A stretch of DNA of 6,165 nt, taken from assembly GCF_006345805.1 (NCBI RefSeq), contig NW_021829435.1, positions 1 through 6,165 on the forward strand, read 5' to 3'. Numbering within the stretch: position 1 is the first letter of the stretch; every line of letters starts with the position of its first letter. Below are positions 1 to 6,165 of the stretch, one piece after another. The DNA is from Octopus sinensis (taxonomy: Eukaryota). The position numbers were made by a program, and so were the translations under genes. The notes under the pieces are model-generated. The model was given only the letters and a program-made list of their open reading frames with translations. It was not told the origin of the DNA and did no database searches.

Positions 1-84
1 AGAAGCCAGGTCTGACCAGTTTGAACAAAAAGCAGGTAGAATAACTGGGCCCAGACATGGCCAGTTTAAAAAGCTTAAGTGTTA
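1..84. mobile_element. Terminal fragment of a probable non-autonomous DNA element (piggyBac-like MITE end), degenerate
   Basis: ctgggcccagacatggccagtttaaaaagcttaagtgtta resembles a recalled abundant Octopus repeat end (..gggccggatatggccggtttaaatgctaaagggttaa; GGG-TTAA terminus typical of piggyBac). The terminus is mutated here and the other end is outside the window. Based on recall only. Confidence 0.35.
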
Positions 85-186
85 TGGAAAAGACACCAGA
101 CACAGATGCCATCTCAGAAGTAGACTCTACAAAAATATTTCAAATTATCCTCTTCACCTAATGGAGGAACACACCTCTCTCATACA

Positions 187-310
187 TTCTATATCTGGCA
201 TGGCTTCTAAGGCTACGTGCCCTTTCTAACATTAGCTACTTTATACAGGGTCCTGGGTTCATTTTTATATCATGGCACCAACACTAATGAGGTTGTTATG
301 GCCTTGACAA
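187..310 (-). mobile_element. Diverged fragment of the RTE-related SINE family also present at 1941-2270 and 2655-3103
   Basis: Reverse complement ggtgccatgatataaaaatgaacccagg..tgtataaagtagctaatgttagaaagggcacgtagccttagaagccatgcca aligns by eye with 2928-3000 (gtggcacgtacaagtacccatt..gagtggtttgatattaggaagggcatccagccatagaaac). Confidence 0.55.
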
Positions 311-377
311 CACTCAACAGTCTTTGTGACCCCTGACAACGTGACAGTACCAGAATGGTAAAGAGAAAACATGCATA

Positions 378-797
378 CAGGTCATCGACTTATGACCTTT
401 CTGACTTACGACAGATTGACTTTATGACAATTAGTACGCCAACAATAATAAATAGTCCAATGGGTTAATTTCTTAGAAATAACATGTCTACAGATGGGGT
501 AGCTAATAAATGCCTCTCCTAGGTTGGTTATTGATCGCTACTGTGGTTATCCCAAGTGTTGAATGAAAATCCTGTCGCGGAGACATCGAGGCAACCTCGT
601 GTTTGTTTATAAGACGATTGCTTGAGACTGAAATTTTTGACTAATGCCAGTATAATAGTACAATACAGAATGCTGTGTGTGACTTCTACCTGCGAATGTC
701 CCTTAGGAATGTAAAAATAAAAACAAAGCTATGTAGGCCATGGGCCGACTTATGACCGGTCAGTCGGAAACAATGGTCGTAAGTCAACAATGAGCTG
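378..797. mobile_element. Tigger/pogo-like (Tc1/mariner superfamily) MITE, 420 bp, non-coding
   Basis: TA at 376-377 and 798-799 (TSD). Left end CAGGTCATCGACTTATGACC; reverse complement of right end CAGCTCATTGTTGACTTACGACC (imperfect TIRs starting with CAG). Subterminal GACTTAYGAC-type motif at 387, 403, 418 (variant), 747 and inverted at 776-785. Confidence 0.8.
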
Positions 798-1006
798 TAC
801 ATGTGTGTTTGTGTTTGTGTGGGTGATTTGGTATTTCTTGCTGTCTCTGTTGACTGTAAACAGCTTTGCTACCAATACGGTCAGTGAAGCATGCTTGCAG
901 TCCAGGCTTTTTGACGTGTCTTCACATGTTACCCGATCATTGTAAACAAAGAAGACTTCATAACAGTCTCAGTTGTCGGTTGATGACACAAATAGTGTAT
1001 TATTAC

Positions 1007-1064
1007 CTTGCCCAGACAGGTGAGCGTCGGCAGCAGAAACTGTATTGGCCGTAGAAAAATCCAC
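1007..1064 (-). other. Candidate 58-nt internal exon of an unidentified host gene
   Basis: Minus strand has a T-rich acceptor (ttttccgttgttttgtgggttagaatttgttcag|GTGG) and a donor (CAAG|gtaata). All three frames are open within the exon (VDFSTANTVSAADAHLSGQ / GFFYGQYSFCCRRSPVWA / WIFLRPIQFLLPTLTCLGK). No family recognised. Confidence 0.4.
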
Positions 1065-1110
1065 CTGAACAAATTCTAACCCACAAAACAACGGAAAACA
1101 GGATATTAAA

Positions 1111-1142
1111 ATGATGACAATGATGATGATGGTGATGATGAT
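1111..1142. repeat. (ATG)n/(GAT)n microsatellite
   Basis: atgatgacaatgatgatgatggtgatgatgat read directly. Confidence 0.85.
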
Positions 1143-1216
1143 AGCACACAGGTGTTATACATAATCAGCTTCAATTATTTACTTATCCACATTTCAAATA
1201 AATTTTATAATGATCT

Positions 1217-1900
1217 GAAGCCTTGTGATTGAATCTGGTACTAAGGACCCTGCCTGTACTCGCAACTGCCCCTCCACGAACACAACCGCCTGTCCACACC
1301 CATGACCAAACTCACAACCACCTCCCCTCCCCGCACTCATTTGCTTCTATACAGGTGAGATGCTCGAGTGATTGTGATGCCCGGGATGCGAGTTAAGGGA
1401 GTGGCAGGAGTAGATAGTATCGTAAGCTGGGTACAAAGATTGAAGGTAATATGAGGGAGCTGGCAGGGAGGTGGGGCAAGCCTATGTGGCCCAAGGGGTA
1501 AAAAGAAGACCAAAGGAAGACAGAGGCCAGGGAGAAAAGCAATAGGAGCTTAGGGGTAGACAGGTGGAGGGAGTAGTGAGGGGGCAGTAGAAAAAGTGAG
1601 GTGAAGGTAGAGTGATGAGTACTAGGGGGTACAAGGGGTGACAGGTAGATGGGTTGGAGGGTTGACTAATAAGTATGGTGGATGGAAAATAATCGGATTT
1701 GGTACCAGGAAGTGGCACACGGGAATGAGAGGTGGAGCAGAAGGTCCAAACAGGTGCAGTTACTGGATGCCAGTGCTGAGCAAACAAAAGGGAAGACTGC
1801 TACCATCTTCAGTTCACATTGAAGCTGGGTACAGTATGGGTTGAGAGGGGGACTGAGTGACAGGGGGGGATGAGAGATGAGCAATAGGCAGAGGGACAGA
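1217..1900 (-). mobile_element. Strand-skewed (G/A-rich on +) interspersed repeat, probably the 5' non-coding region of an RTE-type LINE
   Basis: Strong purine skew over about 1390-1900 is seen directly. Minus-strand segments (gcatccagtaactgcacctgtttggaccttctgctccacctctcattcccgtgtgccact; ggcggttgtgttcgtggaggggcagttgcgagtacaggcagggtcctt) match my recollection of an Octopus LINE region upstream of the endonuclease ORF. No EN/RT coding sequence is present. Boundaries approximate. Confidence 0.45.
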
Positions 1901-1940
1901 ATACAGCTGTATGGTAAACAAGAACAACAGTAAAAGCAAT

Positions 1941-1982
1941 CACCACCACCACCACCGCCACCACCACCACCATCATCATCAT
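1941..1982. repeat. (CAC)n(CAT)n compound microsatellite (SINE tail)
   Basis: caccaccaccaccaccgccaccaccaccaccatcatcatcat read directly. Confidence 0.9.
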
Positions 1983-2270
1983 CCCCATTTTCATGTAACG
2001 TCCATTTTCCATTGTGGAATGGGTTGGACAGTCCAATAGCAGATGTAAAGCCAGGGGCTGAACCAGGTTCCATGGCCTGTTTGGGGTTGGTTTCTACAGC
2101 TGAATGCCCTTCCGAACACCAACCACTTTACAGAATGTACTGGGGTGCTTTTACATGGCCCCATCACCAATGCTTTTTATGTGGCCCTTTGGTTTTAGGA
2201 GATCATTTCAAGTGTGGTGGGCAGGTCTCTTCTCAAGTACAGCAATGTGCCACACGGCAAAGTAATTGAA
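1941..2270 (-). mobile_element. RTE-related SINE (Ceph-domain-like), 3' part with (GAT)n/(GGT)n tail
   Basis: Minus strand reads aagtggttggtgttcggaagggcattcagctgtagaaacc...gtccaacccattccacaatggaaaatggacgttaca followed by a gat/ggt tail (1941-1982). Homologous to the + strand copy at 2850-3103. Confidence 0.75.
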
Positions 2271-2329
2271 ATGCATGACAAACAGAAAAGAGAGAACCAC
2301 TGTCATCCTTAGTGAACCCCCAGCAGATT

Positions 2330-2468
2330 AGGGTGAGATTGTTAGGAGGGAGGAGTGGATGAGAGATAAGTAATGGCAAGAGCAAGAGAGATTAGGACAG
2401 ATTAGTGGCAGAGAGGGAAAGGTGGGGGGTGATATGAGTGTTAAAGGGGTGAGAGGTTATAAAAGAGG
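2330..2468. repeat. GA-rich low-complexity tract
   Basis: Almost C-free purine-rich run, similar in composition to 1390-1900. Confidence 0.6.
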
Positions 2469-2552
2469 TCAATGACAATAGGCATACATGTCAGTATATT
2501 TATACACACAAACACACATACATATATGCAAGCCTGTGTATGTACACACATC

Positions 2553-2654
2553 TTTTCGTTCTCTTTTCTCTGTTTTAATCATTAGAGTACGGCCATGCTG
2601 GGGCACAATCCTGGAGAATTTTTAGTCAGTTGAAAAGTATCCAGAACTTTTTTT
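2553..2654 (-). mobile_element. 3' end fragment of a tRNA-derived SINE
   Basis: ttttcgttctcttttctctgttttaatcattagagtacggccatgctggggcac..ttttagtc matches the antisense of a recalled Octopus SINE tail (..ccagcatggccgcagtcaaatgactgaaacaagtaaaaga). Confidence 0.6.
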
Positions 2655-3103
2655 GTGAGAAGAGCCATCAGAACAAATGAAATCCTAATCATGGCTGATG
2701 CGGATGTGATGGAACTGGCCCACGGAAGCAGCATCGGGTGTCGGGTGCCGCAGAGGCCAACATTGGTGGCATGTGAAAAGCTCCTCTCAAGAGTTCAGCC
2801 TCAGGGAGGCAATGACAGATGACCCCGAGATCGTTGGCATTATGTCGTAGTTGAGAAGAAGAACCATCAAGCCAAGTAAAATCACAGTTGTGGAAGATGC
2901 TGGTGTCACGCAAATGGCACCTGTGCCAGTGGCACGTACAAGTACCCATTACACTCTCAGAGTGGTTTGATATTAGGAAGGGCATCCAGCCATAGAAACG
3001 AACCCAAATCAGACTGGGATCTGGAGCAATCTTCCAGCTTACCAGCCCTGGTCAAATCGTCCAACCCATGCCAGCATGGACAATGGACATTAAAAGATGA
3101 TAA
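2655..3103 (+). mobile_element. RTE-related SINE (Ceph-domain-like) body and 3' end
   Basis: Contains ggaagggcatccagccatagaaac (2976-2999) and gtccaacccatgccagcatggacaatggacattaaaagatgat (3059-3101). Homologous to 1941-2270 in the opposite orientation. Confidence 0.75.
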
Positions 3104-3130
3104 TACACACATACACACATATATACATAA

Positions 3131-3212
3131 GCAAGTGTCTTCTACTATAGCCTCAGGCTGACCAAAGCCTTCTCAGTGGATTTGGCAGGCAGAAACTGAA
3201 AGAAGCCTGTCG
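3131..3212 (+). mobile_element. Internal fragment of a tRNA-derived SINE, 5'-truncated, running into the TA tract
   Basis: gcaagtgtcttctactatagcctcaggctgaccaaagcc..gtggatttggcaggcagaaactgaaagaagcctgtcgtatata matches the recalled Octopus SINE middle region, which is normally followed by (TA)/(TG) repeats. Confidence 0.7.
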
Positions 3213-3600
3213 TATATATATGTATGTGTATATATGAATATATATGTGTATATATTTATGTGTATATATAGGTATATAAAATATATGTATGTATATATAT
3301 ACATATATATATATATGTGTGTGTGTGTGCATGTGTGTGTGTGCATGTATATATATATGTATCTATGTATATATATATGTGTATATAAATATATATATGT
3401 ATGTATATAAATATATATATATATATATGTTATGTATATATATATATGTATGTATATGTATATATATGTATGTATATATGTATATATATATGTATGTATA
3501 TATAGATATGAATATATATATATATACATATTATATATATATATATATGTATGTAATATATATATATGTATATATATATGTATGTATATATATATGTATA
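3213..3600. repeat. Long imperfect (TA)n/(TATG)n/(TG)n microsatellite
   Basis: About 390 bp of alternating TA/TG read directly. It is the source of the YI-repeat ORFs. Confidence 0.95.
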
Positions 3601-4319
3601 CTAGCATTAAAGACCCGTCGTTGCCGGGTCATAGTGCCAGTGCTTGTATATATGTGTATATATATGTGTACATATTACATGTACATCTATATATATATCT
3701 ACACACAAAATGCAAAATACAAAGTTATATCTTGATATCACTAGTGATAACAATACTCAAAATATATAACAGACTGAATTGTTAGTCTTAGTTTTCTCTA
3801 CATTGTACACTTTATAGACAATAGTCTTTTCTTAATTTAATTTTTTATTATCCATCTGGACTATTCCATTTCTGCACGCTAATTTTATTTTAATTATTCC
3901 CATTCATGTGAAACCATTATTCAAGTTCAAATCATTGATGCAATTTATACATTGCTATACTTTTTACTTTTGTTATGTTACGATTATATTATAGTTTAGT
4001 TGATTTTAATATTACTTACTCCATATAATTCAATTGTTATTATTATTTTTATTGTTAAAGTGAAAGTATCTGACATAAAATGGAGAAATATTTTTGTTTC
4101 ACTTTTAATACGTAATACTGAAATAGTGGAGAAGATATGATATTGCTATGGGCTCACTCTAGGCAAGAAGTTGAACACTTTTTTTGCCCATGAAACTACA
4201 TGGACCCTAAGTAAGGCATGCGTAAAATTCGAATGAAATTGGTTGTGTAGTTCTCAAGTTTCAGGGAAACACACAGACAGACAGACAGACACATATTCTC
4301 AGTTTTATATATATAAAGA
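3601..4319 (-). mobile_element. Non-autonomous Helitron, apparently full length (719 bp)
   Basis: Minus-strand 5' end is TCTTTATATATATAAAA followed by (GTCT)n and AACTACACAACCAATTTCATTCGAATTTT, like invertebrate non-autonomous Helitron 5' ends. The 3' end has a GC hairpin GACCCG-7nt-CGGGTC (3612-3630), a 7-nt spacer, then CTAG|T. No TSD; TA tracts on both sides. Confidence 0.8.
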
Positions 4320-4355
4320 AATATATGCATATATATATATATACATATATATATA
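4320..4355. repeat. (TA)n microsatellite flanking the Helitron
   Basis: Read directly; similar to the 3213-3600 tract on the other side. Confidence 0.9.
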
Positions 4356-4404
4356 GGCGCCGAAGTGGCTGTGTTTTAAGAAGTTTGCTTCCAAACCACA
4401 TGGT
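4356..4404 (+). mobile_element. 5' head of a tRNA-derived SINE, truncated before the B box
   Basis: ggcgccgaagtggctgtgttttaagaagtttgcttccaaaccacatggt matches the recalled head ggcgcaggagtggctgtgtggtaagaagcttgcttcccaaccacatggtt. A-box-like TGGCTGTGT is present; the GGTTC B box is absent. Confidence 0.7.
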
Positions 4405-5124
4405 CTGAAAATCTCCATTCACTTGAAATATTTCTGTTCTTTTAGGAACCGTGGCGATTATGAGGGATTCTTTTGTAAAACACACACCACCAACTAAACT
4501 TTCAACATTTCTGTGACATAGCAACTGGCTGTCTTCATAAAATATTTTAACATTTCCATTATTGGCTTTTTCACACACAACTGTCTTTCCTTCCTCAGAG
4601 ACATCAAAATCTTTTACTTGAACAGGACATTCGTCTGTTTGTAAACGAGCAACCGGGAAGCTGTCTCGATTCACCATAAACAACCCTTCAACATACAATT
4701 CATTCCTTTCTCCCCTCATGGCGCTTCCAACAAACCTTGATCCTTTACAGTCAATACTGAAGAAATCTACTTCATCTTTATAATTTCTTTTATTTAAAAA
4801 TATTCCCTTGTTTTTCCTAATCTGTGTAAAAGAACGCAATACACGAATTTTTAAGATGGTGTGACACATTCCATTTGTAAATGAATCTATAAATTCATTT
4901 TATCGATTGTTGCACAGAATTGATTGAGATGATCACTTTGTGGAAAAGCGAATTTAATTATTCAGCATCACTGTTGCAAAATGATGTGTCACAACGATTG
5001 TTAACAACAATGCCCTGTTTAGTCATAAATTTGAAGAATGTTATATCCGCTTCTAATTATCTTGTAGGTCATTAATAGGTTTTTCTGCCATACTCTTTCC
5101 AATTAGAGTGTCTGATCTCTGAAT
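4405..5124 (-). pseudogene. Disrupted fragment of an NHL-repeat/beta-propeller-like protein gene (possibly the C-terminal part of a molluscan TRIM/B-box-NHL-like protein)
   Basis: Open complex frame 4899-4405 includes VKDFDVSEEGKTVVCEKANNGNVKIFYEDSQLL and VGGVCFTKESLIIATVPKRTEIFQVNGDFQ, two consecutive blade-like units with NHL-type spacing. Upstream sequence needs frameshifts and the downstream end fuses to a SINE. Family call is by pattern recognition. Confidence 0.55.
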
Positions 5125-5224
5125 CTACAGGTAGTAAAACCTCTTTCTTCCATAGATTCTCTTCATTAAAAGAAAAAAAAGAACCTCTTGTAATAACACT
5201 CTCTTTTACTACCATAGACACAGC

Positions 5225-5562
5225 ACCACAGAACGATCGCTACCTTGTCGCAACAGAGGAGGGCTGGGATGAGTCTATAACCCAAAAGGAAATGCTAGTG
5301 AGAGTTTAATCTCTTGGCAGGGTTACCCGTACCAGATTGACCGATGTCATCGAGCCTAAAGAGGCTGACTTGCAGCTAACCTCAATCAGAAATCCAAATT
5401 CTCATGGAAACAGCAAAGAAGATGTGAAAAGAGTGCGTGAAGGATGGAGGTGGAAGCAGTCGGTCCCTCTTGGTTTGAACTGAAAGAGGCAGACTAGGGT
5501 CGCATCCACTGGCATGAAATAGATGTGGTCCTCAGCTTTTCATTTGAGTAATGCCCAATAAA
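5225..5562 (+). mobile_element. Probable RTE-LINE-derived non-autonomous element (5' UTR-like)
   Basis: The motif order ccttgtcg..gaggagggct..atgctagtgagagtttaatctcttggcagggttacccgtaccaga..gctaac..ggaaacagcaa resembles RTE 5' UTRs as recalled. It ends in AATAAA plus (CA)n and has no ORF. Confidence 0.4.
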
Positions 5563-5583
5563 ACACACACACACACACACACA
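5563..5583. repeat. (AC)n microsatellite
   Basis: Read directly. Confidence 0.95.
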
Positions 5584-5638
5584 TGAATGTATAACATCGA
5601 TATCAGGGGAAAAAAAAGTTTATATCCTCCATGTATAG

Positions 5639-5722
5639 TGCTGCTGATGCTGCTACTACTACTACTACTACAAGCAGAGCAGTATTATAGTTGGAGTAGT
5701 ATTAGTAGTTGCCGCAGCAGCT
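5639..5722. repeat. Compound trinucleotide repeats (CTG/CTA, then TAG/CAG)
   Basis: tgctgctgatgctgctactactactactacta ... agtagtattagtagttgccgcagcagc read directly. Confidence 0.8.
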
Positions 5723-5783
5723 GCGGTCCAAACCCCACCATCATCGCCACTTTCTCACTTTGACCACAAGAGTATTTGTATGC

Positions 5784-5910
5784 ATGTACATACACACACA
5801 AACACATACGCATACATACATACGTACACACATACATGTATACATACATAAATACAGACACACAAACAGGCATGCATGCCTGCACAGACACAGAGATATA
5901 ATACACACAA
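5784..5910. repeat. Degenerate (CA)/(CATA)/(CAGA) microsatellite
   Basis: Read directly. It is the source of ORFs 5685-6038, 5709-5930 and 5741-5950. Confidence 0.85.
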
Positions 5911-6093
5911 TCAGGGATACAGATAAATAGACGCAGAAAAGAACGAACACACGGACAGAAAGATGGAACGAAATTTTGCTCCGAAAGAGAAAAGAAAATT
6001 TTGTAAACGCGAAGAGTTTTCAGTTCAAGGGAAATCACTCTTAACGTAAACTGTTACATTTGGAGAATTGTCTCCCTTTGATTGTAATCTTAC

Positions 6094-6165
6094 TTGGAAG
6101 CGAAAAATGCTAAGATTTTCGAAACGGAAAATGGATTGGAGGAAGTATGGAGAGATGGAGAGACG
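6094..6165 (-). other. Candidate (5' UTR-like) exon 3' end with splice donor
   Basis: Minus strand reads ..tttttcgcttcCAA|GTAAGAtt (GT at 6093-6092). The surrounding 5930-6165 is visibly richer in CpG than most of the window. Confidence 0.35.

Noticed and set aside
387-428. Repeated GACTTAYGAC motif resembling a CRISPR or iteron array
   Set aside because: Units are about 10 bp with very short spacers in a eukaryotic context, and they are explained as MITE subterminal repeats.
866-1054. 62-aa plus-strand ORF
   Set aside because: It has a TTG start and no recognisable domain, and the splice signals favour the minus strand.
1482-2269. Overlapping ORFs including poly-Gly/Asp and poly-Val/Met tracts
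   Set aside because: They lie within LINE/SINE-derived sequence, and the homopolymers come from the (CAC)n(CAT)n tail.
2689-3161. ORFs of 98 and 64 aa
   Set aside because: They lie within a SINE body and microsatellite and show no protein-like features.
3173-3785. ORFs of 144, 148 and 117 aa (YI/YM repeats)
   Set aside because: They are translations of the TA/TG microsatellite, which lacks stops by construction.
4356-4404. Possible tRNA gene
   Set aside because: Only an A-box-like half is present, with no B box or cloverleaf; it is a SINE head.
3601-4899. Helitron capture of the NHL-like fragment
   Set aside because: The fragment lies outside the Helitron 5' terminus (4319), separated by a TA tract and a SINE head, and no further upstream TC terminus was recognised.
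5072-5215. 47-aa minus-strand ORF (MVVKESVITRGSFFSFNEENLWKKEV...)
   Set aside because: It is short, spans a polypyrimidine tract that could be an acceptor (5161/5160), and has no recognisable similarity, so I cannot support it as a CDS.
5639-5722. Apparent hairpin between CTG/CTA and TAG/CAG runs
   Set aside because: This is low-complexity complementarity of adjacent microsatellites, with no evidence of an RNA gene.
5685-6038. ORFs of 117, 73 and 69 aa
   Set aside because: They derive from a degenerate CA/TG microsatellite.

Overview
Repeat-dense eukaryotic (animal) intronic/intergenic DNA, not prokaryotic. The repeats resemble Octopus (coleoid cephalopod) families as I recall them; no database search was run. 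The best-supported structures are a complete Tigger/pogo-like MITE with TIRs and TA target duplications (378-797) and a complete non-autonomous Helitron on the minus strand (3601-4319) sitting inside a TA microsatellite. There are also several SINE/RTE-derived fragments, including an inverted pair (1941-2270 vs 2655-3103), and many microsatellites. The only protein-like sequence is a minus-strand NHL/beta-propeller-like fragment (about 4405-5124). It is frameshifted upstream and cut downstream by a SINE head, so it is probably a pseudogene or a mis-assembled gene. Two candidate minus-strand exons (6094-6165 and 1007-1064) suggest the window lies inside a host gene. Most ORFs in the track are repeat or microsatellite artefacts. 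I found no convincing new biological system; the findings are TE architecture, a TE-gene chimera and possible dsRNA formation.
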